Positions 10,789 to 20,523 of a DNA stretch of 64,000 nt are shown here, piece by piece. The stretch is from positions 10,963 to 74,962 of the IMG/VR virus record IMGVR_UViG_3300037067_020597; one strand, 5' to 3'. Numbering within the stretch: position 1 is the first letter of the stretch; each line of letters begins with the position of its first letter. Origin of the DNA: a virus. Lineage: Duplodnaviria; Caudoviricetes. The notes beneath the pieces were generated by a model. It saw nothing but the letters and a program-made list of their open reading frames with translations. It was not told the DNA's origin and made no database searches. Both the position numbers and the translations under genes were made by a program.

Positions 10789-11085
10789 ATGAGGAATGAA
10801 GAATATACTTTAGAAAAACCCAATCCGATAATTCAACAGTTAGATCAAGTTGAGTTGTTGACTGTCAAAAGGGTGAAATATTTATCTACGAGACCGGGAT
10901 ACGCACCCAGTCCTCACGGTAGATGGAGTGTTGTCGGGTTAGTCGATGGCGATGCCTTGCTTGCTAAAGACAATACTCTCATACGTATTCCAGTGGGAGA
11001 CATCAAAAAGGTTTGTACTCACGACCGCCAACAGGTTTTAGACTTCTTAGAAGAACTTTGTTACAAAGGCAAAAGAAATGGCTAA
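10789..11085 (+). CDS. Hypothetical protein
   Basis: 98-aa ORF overlapping the recA start. Confidence 0.6.
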   Translation: MRNEEYTLEKPNPIIQQLDQVELLTVKRVKYLSTRPGYAPSPHGRWSVVGLVDGDALLAKDNTLIRIPVGDIKKVCTHDRQQVLDFLEELCYKGKRNG

Positions 11086-12196
11086 AAAGAAACCAGCTGC
11101 TAAATCTGAAGCTGAAAAGCAATCTGGCCCAATGGATTTTGATAGCATGATTGCTGAACTAGAGAAAAAATTTGGCGATTCAGTTCAGTGGGGTGGTGCG
11201 GCCACTATTAAGCCGACCCAAGCAACTTCTACTGGCTTGGCTAGCTTGGATATAGCATTAGGATGCCATGGTATTCCTGATGGCAGAATCATAGAAATAT
11301 ATGGCACAGAGTCAAGTGGTAAGACGACTCTTGCGTTGCAGATAGTGTCCAGCTTTCAGCAGCAGAACAAATTGACTGCATATATCGATGCAGAGCATGC
11401 TCTCGATTATAATTGGGCAACAAACATCGGTGTCGACGTTAAGAAATGGTTATTATCGCAACCTGATAGCGGTGAGCAAGCTCTTGATATCGTTCAATCA
11501 TTAGCGACTTCTGGTATAGTTAAATTGGTGGTTGTGGATTCTGTAGCAGCACTTGTCCCGCAAGAAGAGCTAGATGGAGATATCAGTGATAGGCAGATAG
11601 GCGCACAGGCTAGGTTGATGTCTAAAGGTATGCGAAAGTTGGCTGGAATATGTTTGAGGAGCGGTACAACAGTTATATTCATAAATCAGCTGCGTGACAA
11701 AATAGGTCAAATCGGCCCAAGTTACATGCATCCAGAAATAACGCCTGGTGGTAGAGCATTGAAATTCTATTCTTCAATGCGGCTTGAGGTTCGCAGAGCA
11801 GAAACCTTACGGACCTCTAATATTCCATATGGAATGGTTACGAAAGTAAAAGTTGCCAAGAACAAAGTCGCTCCACCATTTCGATCTGCTGCTCTTGAGA
11901 TCCATTATGGCGCGGCAAGCGGAATTTACGGATTCAATAAGGTGCAAGCCTTAGTGAACGGCGCTGTTGAAACTTCAGTCGTTAAGCTTAGGGGATCTAA
12001 TTATTACTTTAACGATCAGAAAATTGCTGTTGGTAAGGAGAAGCTAGCCGAAGTATTAAATGCCGACCCAGAACTGTTTAATACCATCTATGCAGAAGTC
12101 TATCATACGGCACAAGATGGAATCGTTGGTTCCGAAGATAGTGATAGCCCCAAAGATACAGGAGAAGATGAATCTAGTTTCGATGAGGAAGGCTAA
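11078..12196 (+). CDS. recA: RecA recombinase
   Basis: STG..SLDIALG, GRIIEIYGTESSGKTT, YIDAEHALD, SQPDSGEQAL, VVVDSVAALVP, FINQLR, GGRALKFYSSMR, KNKVAPPF. Confidence 0.97.
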   Translation: MAKKKPAAKSEAEKQSGPMDFDSMIAELEKKFGDSVQWGGAATIKPTQATSTGLASLDIALGCHGIPDGRIIEIYGTESSGKTTLALQIVSSFQQQNKLTAYIDAEHALDYNWATNIGVDVKKWLLSQPDSGEQALDIVQSLATSGIVKLVVVDSVAALVPQEELDGDISDRQIGAQARLMSKGMRKLAGICLRSGTTVIFINQLRDKIGQIGPSYMHPEITPGGRALKFYSSMRLEVRRAETLRTSNIPYGMVTKVKVAKNKVAPPFRSAALEIHYGAASGIYGFNKVQALVNGAVETSVVKLRGSNYYFNDQKIAVGKEKLAEVLNADPELFNTIYAEVYHTAQDGIVGSEDSDSPKDTGEDESSFDEEG

Positions 12197-12513
12197 TGGC
12201 CAGAGCACCGCTTTACGATATTAACCAGATTGTCTATCTGCAAGAGTCTGCTGCATTAGGATTCTTGGAAGCTTATACTATAAAGGACATAAGTTATCAG
12301 CCCAATGGTAAGCTGATATATACATTAACCACATCATTGAAGCAGCCAGCAGCTGTTCAGACTGTCGGCGACAGAATCACAGGGCAACGCACTTTACCAA
12401 TAAGATTCTATGAAGAAGACTTGATCGAATACAAAGAAGCACTTGAGGTCTGTATTACAAACTTGCAAAGACAACTAGACGATTTGCAACGTTTGTACCA
12501 AGGACTCAGCTAA
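12196..12513 (+). CDS. Hypothetical protein
   Basis: Translationally coupled (TAATG) to both recA and the helicase. Confidence 0.65.
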   Translation: MARAPLYDINQIVYLQESAALGFLEAYTIKDISYQPNGKLIYTLTTSLKQPAAVQTVGDRITGQRTLPIRFYEEDLIEYKEALEVCITNLQRQLDDLQRLYQGLS

Positions 12514-13934
12514 TGATCGAGGCTCTTCAATCGGAACAAGAATCTAATATCGATACACCTTTTGGCCCGAACATGGAAGCGGGTATTGTGTCGCTATTTC
12601 TTGATTTTCCAGAGTTGTTCATCCCGACGTCTAAGTTTATTACTCTGGACATATTCTCTAGACCAGAAGTACAATATATCATTGGAGTACTGAAACGTGA
12701 TTATGACGAATTTGGCGTCTTGCCAACTCGTCCACTATTGCACGATCGGCTAGCTAAAGTCTTGACGATGGACGATCCATATGAAGAAATTTTAGCTATT
12801 GTTGATAAGCCATCTGATCCTAGAGAGACTCCAATTTTGCGTAATATCTTGCGTGATTGGATAGAGCATCAGTTATATTCACAACTATACTCCGATGAAG
12901 GTGTTGCTGCTTATGAGCGTCGAGATCATGAATTCTTACGCAAAATTGTCGATTCTGCATCTGCACTGAACTCGGTTGGAAAGCAAGGGTTTTGGTTCTA
13001 TGATCAAATCGATGAAGTATTTGCTGATGCTGCAATCGAGCATATCAATACTGGCTTTAAAGATTTAAATAAGCGATTAAACGAAGGAGGCCCATCTCCT
13101 GGTGAAGTGTTAATTATATTGGCACCCACTGGCGTGGGCAAGACCTTAACGCTAATCAATATGGCTTATTCAGCTATGGAAGAAGGCCATAACGTCTTGT
13201 TTATCACGTTTGAACTTTCGACATATAAAACTGCCATAAGACTGGCTTCTCTTATGTCGAAAGTTCCGATGAGTGATTTTACAAGAGCCAATATTTGTTC
13301 GTTGCCAGAAGAAGAACAAGAGGAAATCAGGGGTGCACAGACTAAGGTACGTAATGCTATCCGTGCGGGCCGAGACAAATCTGGAGAATTATTGATATAT
13401 GAATTACCGCCCGATGAATGCAGCGTAGATGATATATATGGTATCATTGAAGGGCATCGAAAGACCAAGGGATGGGAACCCAAGGTAGTTGTACTCGACT
13501 ATTTAGAGTTGATGCTAAGCCGTCGCAGCTGTAATAACAACGAAGGAGATTATACCAGGCAAAAAAGCGTTGCTACAGAAATGCGTGGTTTAGCTAAAAA
13601 TGAAAAGGTTTTAGTCTATTCGGCTACACAGACTAATCGCAGTGGTGCTAAATCCGGTTCTAGGGATGATGCCCCCAATGCAGCAGCAGATCCTACTCAT
13701 ATAGACTTGGATAAGGCAGCTGAGAGTTTTGGGAAGGCAATGCCTGTCGATTACGTAGTCAGTTTAAATCAGACTACAGATGAATACAGAGCAGGTATGG
13801 GAGCTGATGGAAAGCCATCGCCCAATGGGGCGACTGTAAGACTTTGGATAGCGAAAAATCGTAATGGTCCAAAGTTTGTCTCTATCACCACCAAAGTATT
13901 TTACGAGAAAATGTCAATCAAACAAATCGAATAG
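12513..13934 (+). CDS. Replicative DNA helicase, DnaB/gp41-like
   Basis: Walker A APTGVGKT, FITFELS, Walker B VVLDYLE, ATQTNRSG, IAKNRNG. Confidence 0.9.
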   Translation: MIEALQSEQESNIDTPFGPNMEAGIVSLFLDFPELFIPTSKFITLDIFSRPEVQYIIGVLKRDYDEFGVLPTRPLLHDRLAKVLTMDDPYEEILAIVDKPSDPRETPILRNILRDWIEHQLYSQLYSDEGVAAYERRDHEFLRKIVDSASALNSVGKQGFWFYDQIDEVFADAAIEHINTGFKDLNKRLNEGGPSPGEVLIILAPTGVGKTLTLINMAYSAMEEGHNVLFITFELSTYKTAIRLASLMSKVPMSDFTRANICSLPEEEQEEIRGAQTKVRNAIRAGRDKSGELLIYELPPDECSVDDIYGIIEGHRKTKGWEPKVVVLDYLELMLSRRSCNNNEGDYTRQKSVATEMRGLAKNEKVLVYSATQTNRSGAKSGSRDDAPNAAADPTHIDLDKAAESFGKAMPVDYVVSLNQTTDEYRAGMGADGKPSPNGATVRLWIAKNRNGPKFVSITTKVFYEKMSIKQIE

Positions 13935-13945
13935 AGGGAACAGTA

Positions 13946-14347
13946 ATGCCTGACAATGATCTACTGGCAAGATCGCTTACCACCACCATCGAAATGATTC
14001 AGCCGAAAAAGGGGGTATATCAAGTTTCTCCTTTGTTGATTGGTAACGATTATGTTGCCATTGCTCCAATCGAGGTCAAGAAGGACAGTAGTATCATAGT
14101 GCCAGATGAAGAATCGACTATTGGTATTATTGTTGGAATTGGCCCGCTGGTGCCAGAGGGGATGCGTACCGCTTTTACTATTGGCAATACCGTCAGATTC
14201 AACCCCAAGACTCCGATCTGCTTGTTAGATGGGCTATATCCGTTCTATAACAAGGCGCGGATCGTCTTGACTCGATTCCACAGTATTTTGGCAGCTGTAT
14301 CTGGCGAGCCTGTTCAAGTCATTGGGCTTGATAAAGCCAAGGAATAG
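13946..14347 (+). CDS. GroES/Cpn10-like co-chaperonin
   Basis: NDYVAIAPIE, mobile-loop-like SSIIVP, GIIVGIGP, IGNTVRF pattern. Confidence 0.65.
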   Translation: MPDNDLLARSLTTTIEMIQPKKGVYQVSPLLIGNDYVAIAPIEVKKDSSIIVPDEESTIGIIVGIGPLVPEGMRTAFTIGNTVRFNPKTPICLLDGLYPFYNKARIVLTRFHSILAAVSGEPVQVIGLDKAKE

Positions 14348-14352
14348 AGATA

Positions 14353-14760
14353 ATGCCGTTTTATAATTATATCTGCAGCGATTGTATCGCTGTAGAAGAG
14401 AAAAAGATTGGTAGAGAACTCACAGAGGAAGAGCAGATTCCTCTGGTATTTGAAGTCTTCCATGCAATGTTCCCTACAAAAAAGGAGTTAGCTGAGAAGA
14501 CGCAATGCCCAGCATGTCGTGGACATAACACACACACTACTCTATTAGAGACCTCACAATCTTTTCGTATTCTTGGCGGTGATTGGCGAGAATTCAAGAA
14601 GAAAAACGCTGCGGCATTGCAGCGTGATATGGCTTTACATCAATTGGAGAATGACGACCCGTATGGGTACATGAGGACTCCGAGCGAGAAAGCTGATTTG
14701 GCTGACCAATTGCGTTCTAGTAGCAAGAAACGGCCTAAGAGGAAGCATTTTTTGACTTAA
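14353..14760 (+). CDS. FmdB-family Zn-ribbon protein
   Basis: MPFYNYICSDC...CPAC signature. Confidence 0.7.
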   Translation: MPFYNYICSDCIAVEEKKIGRELTEEEQIPLVFEVFHAMFPTKKELAEKTQCPACRGHNTHTTLLETSQSFRILGGDWREFKKKNAAALQRDMALHQLENDDPYGYMRTPSEKADLADQLRSSSKKRPKRKHFLT

Positions 14761-14761
14761 T

Positions 14762-15985
14762 ATGGTTTTAGCTAACGATTCCTTCTGTTATTATTGTGTT
14801 CTTTTCGATAAGAACCTAAAACCCGCAATTGCGGGTTTTCGAGCTTTGGGAAAAGAAGTCATAGATCCCCTATTTTTGCCATATATGGGGAAAACGATTT
14901 ATGATATAAAGCAGCTTACTGCGAAGTATTACAAGCTATTAGAGAAATCATTATTAAGTGGCAGGACAGTAGTGACTAATGATTTCAAATCGATATTGAC
15001 TGGTTTTACTTTTGATGGTTTTGGTTTTGATAGTCTGCCGCGAGAGCAGCTAAATGTTTATGATGTTTTCTCACCGGTCCCTCAAATTCCAGATACGTAT
15101 GATGAAGCTGCAGCTGTAGTCCACGATCAGTTAGATAAGCTAGAACGAAGTAGACTGAAGATTTGGCAAAAAGTAGCCGCCAATGCTTCTGTTGTTTATG
15201 AGAGTTTGGAGCGGCAAGGCGTATTAGTTGGCGGATTGCGTCGATACCCTAAATGGACTCATCGGACAGTGAGTGGACGCAGTAAGAATACTGGTTTTAA
15301 TTTACAAGGAACGACTGCTAAAGACGATATTTCTGATCCTTATGGTAATCAATCAGATTTGTTTTTGAATTTCGATTGGAGAGCGGCAGACATACGTGTA
15401 GCGGCACTTCTGAGCGGCGATGAGCATTTAAATGAGATGTCTCTTGGTTCAGATCCATATCAAGCAATAGCAGATATCATAGATCAACCGCGCAAAGATT
15501 GTAAAATCATGTTGTTGCGTGCCATCAATTCTATCGATATAGAGCATCCAGTCATTCAGATGTTTCCAGAATTGAAAAAATGGATGGCTACTCAGAAAGA
15601 GAAATTGGAAAACTCACAACCTGTAAGGAGCATATTGGGTAGAGAATTTTTCAATGCTGAGAGACCACGTTCTGCTTTCAACTCCACAATGCAGGGATCA
15701 ATAGCACAAGCGATGCAATTGACAATTAGGAAGGTTTGGGAAGAGCACTATAGACTTCTTGCTGAGACACATGATTCTATAACTATAGCTTGCAATGCGG
15801 ATAGAAATATATTCAAAGAGACTGTTAGAGCTGTAGCTAATATCATGTGCAAGCCATTTGCAGGAATCTTGAAAAGCAATCCTACATTTCCTGTGCGTGT
15901 CAATATTGGTAAATCTTGGTGTCAATGGAAGCCGTTTGGGCTATATCTAGATGTAGATAAGTTTCAATCTTGTCGACGTATTTAA
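14762..15985 (+). CDS. Short, divergent family A DNA polymerase-like protein (polymerase domain only)
   Basis: TVSGR..NLQ, motif A FDWRAADIRVAALLSGD, AFNSTMQGS.A, motif C ETHDSI; no recognisable exonuclease motifs. Confidence 0.8.
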   Translation: MVLANDSFCYYCVLFDKNLKPAIAGFRALGKEVIDPLFLPYMGKTIYDIKQLTAKYYKLLEKSLLSGRTVVTNDFKSILTGFTFDGFGFDSLPREQLNVYDVFSPVPQIPDTYDEAAAVVHDQLDKLERSRLKIWQKVAANASVVYESLERQGVLVGGLRRYPKWTHRTVSGRSKNTGFNLQGTTAKDDISDPYGNQSDLFLNFDWRAADIRVAALLSGDEHLNEMSLGSDPYQAIADIIDQPRKDCKIMLLRAINSIDIEHPVIQMFPELKKWMATQKEKLENSQPVRSILGREFFNAERPRSAFNSTMQGSIAQAMQLTIRKVWEEHYRLLAETHDSITIACNADRNIFKETVRAVANIMCKPFAGILKSNPTFPVRVNIGKSWCQWKPFGLYLDVDKFQSCRRI

Positions 15986-16000
15986 CCAGACGGTCTTGAT

Positions 16001-16516
16001 ATGACAGAAGAAAAAATAAATTCGCCGCAATGGTTCCAAGAACACGTACCACCTGAGGTGGCTAATAGTTCTCTATTTCAATTCAACATCAAGCTACCCG
16101 ATAATAAGTCTTACCACATCAATCTGATCGATGATGTCGATATAAATTTCGAAATTCTAGAAGAACAGCACGAGCGTATTCCAGCCCAATATGTCTATTG
16201 GGCTGCTATTTACAGTGAGTTGAGATACGCCATTGCTAAATTAGAATTAAAAATCAAATCTCGCAAGCACGCAATTGTTCGCAAGATGCTTGAGGAATTC
16301 CGTGCAAGGAATATCAGAGCGACAGATAAGCAAACTGCTGTGCTTTTGGATGGCGATGCGGACCTTGTGAGATTAGAAGCCGAGTTGATCATACAGCAGA
16401 AGAATTGTGGGAAAGTATATCACATGGTTGAAGCGATTCGGCTTCGTTCCGAGCATAGTCGTTCGTTGGCTGGCTTCAAACGCCAAGAGAGAGAACAATC
16501 TGGTAGACAAACTTAA
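16001..16516 (+). CDS. UvsY-like recombination mediator
   Basis: Helical protein with the DVDINF.ILEE...IPAQY.YW pattern, located between PolA and SSB. Confidence 0.55.
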   Translation: MTEEKINSPQWFQEHVPPEVANSSLFQFNIKLPDNKSYHINLIDDVDINFEILEEQHERIPAQYVYWAAIYSELRYAIAKLELKIKSRKHAIVRKMLEEFRARNIRATDKQTAVLLDGDADLVRLEAELIIQQKNCGKVYHMVEAIRLRSEHSRSLAGFKRQEREQSGRQT

Positions 16517-16527
16517 GGAGATTTCAC

Positions 16528-17763
16528 GTGGGATATGACATTGAGACTATTAGGAATCAAGTAAGAGCCAAGATGAAGAAGGGGCGAGACCCAACAGAAT
16601 TTCGCGCCCCTAAGATTGAAGATGGCAAGACGCTGAAGTATCGATTCTACATTTTGCCGCCACTGCGAGTCGGCGACGTTTGCAATGACGGCAAAGTGAA
16701 GTGCGAACGCGAAATGGAGCTATTTGCGATTTCTAACGGTGCGCATTACATTGATAACAAACGGCTAGGCTGTCCTCGCATTATCGAGGACGAGGAATGT
16801 GATATTTGCCAATATGCCTTTGATCTGCTTCAAGAGATTGATGGTTCAACGACAGAAGGCAAGAAACGGCGAAGTGAGATTGGCAAACAATTGCTTCCCG
16901 GCCAATATCACTTGGTCAATCTTTATTTTCCGCCAGTCAAAGTCAACCCTGAAGAGTTGCGCGGCAAGGTATTTTGGTTCAATGCACCGAAGACAGTTGT
17001 TGATATTTGGCTTGAGTGCCTGTATCGCGATGACGACGGAGGCGATCCTGAGGAACCGTTGCCGTTCGGCGTATTCTTCGACGAGAACAACGCGAACCAG
17101 TTTCAACTAGAAGTGGTTAAAGACGGCCAGATGAATTCATACAAGAGGTCGAAATTCATCGGTGCGCCTCGGCCCATTGTTACAGACAAGAACACCAAGC
17201 AGGCAGATGTGAAGCGCATCAAGGAGATCCTCGCAAAGAGATACAACTTGTGGGAAAAGCTGCCTGAAATTAATCGTGATGAAATTGCTCGCGTTGCGGC
17301 TGCTTTGAGTGGTAAGGCTCCCAAGGCGGCATCCGGTGGCTTCGATCAGGATGAAGAAGCTGTCGAAGACGAGATTATGGAGACTCCACCGGCCAAGACA
17401 GAATCGAAGCAGGCCACAGCCGCTAAGGCTGCTGCGAAACCAGCCGCCACCAAGTCGTCGGCCAAACCAGCTACATCTGCCACATCTGCCAAGCCTGCCA
17501 CATCTGCCAAATCTACTGCCAAGGCAGCGCCAGCAAAGGCTAAGCCAAAGGAAGAGTTGGAGGATGAATTAGAGGACGATCTTGAGCCTGAAGCTGAGCT
17601 TGAGGAAGATTCCAATGACATCGCTGGAGAAGCTCCATTCGATGAAGAGGCTGAGGTTGGCGAGGAAGCTGAGGAAACCGAAGCAGCAGAGGTTGAAGAC
17701 GAGGGTGGCGGTGAAGATGTCGACAGCGAAGTCGACCGCCTATTAGACGAACTCGACAGCTAG
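16528..17763 (+). CDS. Single-stranded DNA-binding protein, gp32-like
   Basis: YRFYILPP, H...CP...CDIC Zn site, GKVFWF, very acidic C-terminal tail; AAGGAG SD before a GTG start. Confidence 0.75.
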   Translation: MGYDIETIRNQVRAKMKKGRDPTEFRAPKIEDGKTLKYRFYILPPLRVGDVCNDGKVKCEREMELFAISNGAHYIDNKRLGCPRIIEDEECDICQYAFDLLQEIDGSTTEGKKRRSEIGKQLLPGQYHLVNLYFPPVKVNPEELRGKVFWFNAPKTVVDIWLECLYRDDDGGDPEEPLPFGVFFDENNANQFQLEVVKDGQMNSYKRSKFIGAPRPIVTDKNTKQADVKRIKEILAKRYNLWEKLPEINRDEIARVAAALSGKAPKAASGGFDQDEEAVEDEIMETPPAKTESKQATAAKAAAKPAATKSSAKPATSATSAKPATSAKSTAKAAPAKAKPKEELEDELEDDLEPEAELEEDSNDIAGEAPFDEEAEVGEEAEETEAAEVEDEGGGEDVDSEVDRLLDELDS

Positions 17764-17780
17764 CAGTATGTCGTAAATTC

Positions 17781-17820
17781 CAGGGCGAGAGTTCGATTAT
17801 CGGGCTCTCGCCCTGTTTGT
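17781..17820 (+). terminator. Rho-independent terminator after the SSB gene
   Basis: CAGGGCGAGAG/CTCTCGCCCTG 11-bp stem, extendable, followed by TTTGT. Confidence 0.8.
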
Positions 17821-17821
17821 T

Positions 17822-18709
17822 ATGAGGGATGTTATGGCTCAGAAATGCGCACTATTGGTAGACGCCAGGAATTTGATGTATCGGGCAATCTTTGCTAATA
17901 GAAAGCAGTCAAGATATCGCAATCAGCATCCTTTCACCATTATGTTACGTTTCATGGTGGGTTGGCTAGACAAGTTCAAGCCAGAGAGTGTCAATATATT
18001 TTGGGATGCAAAGCGATCTACTCTGTGGAGAATGAAAGTTTTTGTTGGTTATAAAGATAAGCCTGATAAATATACAATCGATATCAAAGATGAGCTAATT
18101 AGTACGCAAATTGCTGCGAAAGCCATGTTCTCATACATGGGATGTAGGCAGTTTAGCAAGGATCGGATGGAAGCGGACGACCTAATCTATGCTACATGCA
18201 AAGTCTTAGCTCCATCGCCTATTGTAGTATGCTCTTCTGATAGTGATTATCAACAGCTGGTATTTCGTATGTCTCACGTCAAATGCTTTGATCCTATGCG
18301 TGAGACTTTTATGCCTCTTCAAGATTACGATCCTGTAATACAAAAAGCATTATGCGGCGATAAATCAGATATGATTAATGGTTATACTGGTATAGGACCA
18401 ATTAAAAGCACAGCTATGGCTAGATCCAGCGTGGACAGACAGAAATTTCTCGACACAGCAGGTATGAAGCCGTATATCAGGAATCTATTATTAATAGATT
18501 TATCACTATGTCCTGACTTACTCAAGAACCAATTATATGTGCAGCGAATATTAGACGCACAGCCGACTTTTGATAAGAATAAATTGTTTGATCTGGCTCG
18601 TAAATATAAAGTTGGTGGATTTGTTACAGAATATCCTAGATTAGCTGCTAGATTTAAGCAGCTTATAATTCATCCAGAGGATAAAGATGACCAGGACAGC
18701 AAGAGTTAA
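17822..18709 (+). CDS. 5'-3' exonuclease / RNase H (T4 rnh, T5 D15-like)
   Basis: LLVDARNL.YRA, FWD, WR...F.GYK, EADDLI, SSDSDYQQL, GDKSD.I.G..GIG. Confidence 0.88.
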   Translation: MRDVMAQKCALLVDARNLMYRAIFANRKQSRYRNQHPFTIMLRFMVGWLDKFKPESVNIFWDAKRSTLWRMKVFVGYKDKPDKYTIDIKDELISTQIAAKAMFSYMGCRQFSKDRMEADDLIYATCKVLAPSPIVVCSSDSDYQQLVFRMSHVKCFDPMRETFMPLQDYDPVIQKALCGDKSDMINGYTGIGPIKSTAMARSSVDRQKFLDTAGMKPYIRNLLLIDLSLCPDLLKNQLYVQRILDAQPTFDKNKLFDLARKYKVGGFVTEYPRLAARFKQLIIHPEDKDDQDSKS

Positions 18710-18726
18710 TAAAATGGTGTCATAAT

Positions 18727-18734
18727 CAAACATA
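18727..18734 (+). promoter_or_regulatory. Candidate late-promoter element CAAACATA
   Basis: 4 nt before the ATG of the HNH fusion. Confidence 0.35.
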
Positions 18735-18738
18735 TTCT

Positions 18739-20118
18739 ATGACACCCAATATGGTCGGTCTACAATTTGGTCGGCTGACAGTTCTAGAGCGAGCCCCTAA
18801 TGCTGGTAAATTTTCTGCTTGGTATTGCTCTTGTTCTTGTGGTACAATCAAGACCAAACCAATTCGCGGGTTTAGCTTAAGAAACGGTCAGACACAAAGT
18901 TGTGGTTGCATATTACGCGAGCTTTTGAATAAGCGTAATTTCAGACACGGTTGTACGAAACACTACGGCAGCACTAACAGACGTACACCTGAATATATTA
19001 GTTGGAGTGCTATGATACAACGTTGTACTAACCCGAAGCATAGATTCTATAGGAGATATGGTGGTGCAGGCATTAGGGTTTGTGATCGGTGGTTACGATT
19101 TGAGAATTTTTTGGCGGATGTTGGTCACAGACCACATCAAGATTATTCAATTGGTAGAATTGAAAATAATCTTGGTTATGAACCAGGTAATTGTAGATGG
19201 ATGGCACCAGAAGAGCAAGTAAATAATACATCATATTCACGACATATTACAATTGCAAACGAGACTAGAACTATCACGCAATGGTGTCGTCATCTGAACA
19301 TAGATGTAAGAACTGTAAACTCTCGAATTCACAGGGGATGGTCGCCAGAAGAAGCGATAGTAACTCCTATAAGAAAGCGTGAAATGGCAACAAAAGAAGA
19401 GATGTCTAGGGTTGGTAGATCTAATTCAAGACGTGGCAAATCACAGGAACGCCACGTAGCACACTTATTGACTGATTGGTCGGGGGTAGAGTTTAGGCGT
19501 AGGAAAGTAGAGGGGAGAGATGCTTCGGTAGTAGCACGCGAATCGACCGCAGACGTAATAGCGGTTCTACACGACTTTAGATTTTCTGTGGAGGCTAAGA
19601 GTGGCAAAGGATTCAGTCTTGATGCGCTAATGGGCAATCCTAATACTGCTTTATTTTCAACATGGTGGTTTCAGACTTGTTATGATGCACAATTGGTTTC
19701 TAATATCAGTGGGAATAAGATATTCCCAATGTTGTTCTTTAAGCCAAATCCAAACACTGATTGGGTTGCTTTTTCTGAATACGCTATATCAATATTAACA
19801 TCAAAACAAGACAACACCATCAAACAGGAACTGTGGTTTCCCCATATCTATTTTGGAGCATATAAGTTATCGAAACAAATTGGATCAATTACTTTTTCTA
19901 AAAAGAATAAAATTACGACAGAGATTCAGTTAGATCCGGTTATTATCTGTAGATGGAAAGATTTTGCCGCAAATGTCAGACCAGATGGACTATTTCTAGA
20001 CGAGAAGGAACCAAAGATATTAAGAAATCATCCAGAAGGTGAACCATGGCATGCGGTGGATGTGGAAATAGAAAACCAGTTAGGGTTGCAAGAGCAAGCT
20101 CAAGTAAGCCAATCGTAA
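18739..20118 (+). CDS. HNH-family homing endonuclease-like domain fused in frame to a PD-(D/E)XK Holliday-junction-resolvase-like domain
   Basis: N-half: GLQFGRLTV, EYISWSAMIQRC, YGGAGIRVCDRW, YEPGNCRW. From M at 19384: RGKSQER...ADVI...SVEAKSG. Confidence 0.75.
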   Translation: MTPNMVGLQFGRLTVLERAPNAGKFSAWYCSCSCGTIKTKPIRGFSLRNGQTQSCGCILRELLNKRNFRHGCTKHYGSTNRRTPEYISWSAMIQRCTNPKHRFYRRYGGAGIRVCDRWLRFENFLADVGHRPHQDYSIGRIENNLGYEPGNCRWMAPEEQVNNTSYSRHITIANETRTITQWCRHLNIDVRTVNSRIHRGWSPEEAIVTPIRKREMATKEEMSRVGRSNSRRGKSQERHVAHLLTDWSGVEFRRRKVEGRDASVVARESTADVIAVLHDFRFSVEAKSGKGFSLDALMGNPNTALFSTWWFQTCYDAQLVSNISGNKIFPMLFFKPNPNTDWVAFSEYAISILTSKQDNTIKQELWFPHIYFGAYKLSKQIGSITFSKKNKITTEIQLDPVIICRWKDFAANVRPDGLFLDEKEPKILRNHPEGEPWHAVDVEIENQLGLQEQAQVSQS

Positions 20119-20200
20119 TTAGGCAGGTAGTAAAGCAAAATCTGCCATCATATAGACCTCTCCATATTCAACGGTCTGGAGTAAGAAAGGCAAGAGTATA

Positions 20201-20500
20201 ATGGGATGTGGTGGATGTGGAGGAAAAGCCGCTGCTACAGTTGCGCAGAACAGAGTTATTGGAGCGCAACAGGTTAGACCGAAAGCTACACCCAGGCTGA
20301 CACAAGTTCCCAAATTGCGCCCGTCGCCAACGACGAAAGTTGTTATCAGATCTACTCCTAGGACAACTATTAAAACAAAGCAGCAACTAAGAGACTTGAA
20401 AGTTTGTCCGCTGTGTAATTCCACCTTGACTCCGATTCTAACGGGTAATGGAGCAAAAAATCGCAAACGGTGCTTACGCTGCAATAGAACGTTCGTATAA
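20201..20500 (+). CDS. Small basic Cys-rich protein
   Basis: MGCGGCGG N-terminus and a CPLC...CLRC Zn finger. Confidence 0.6.
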   Translation: MGCGGCGGKAAATVAQNRVIGAQQVRPKATPRLTQVPKLRPSPTTKVVIRSTPRTTIKTKQQLRDLKVCPLCNSTLTPILTGNGAKNRKRCLRCNRTFV

Positions 20501-20523
20501 TTTATCGCTGTATTAAATAATAT

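Noticed and set aside
129-13934. Inteins or group I introns in dnaE, recA or the helicase
   Set aside because: The conserved motifs are contiguous, lengths are not inflated, and no C/S...HN-C/S/T splice junctions are seen
20119-20484. Minus-strand 121-aa ORF and small hairpins at 20122-20180
   Set aside because: The ORF overlaps the better-supported plus-strand Zn-finger gene, and the stems are only 5 bp, consistent with chance
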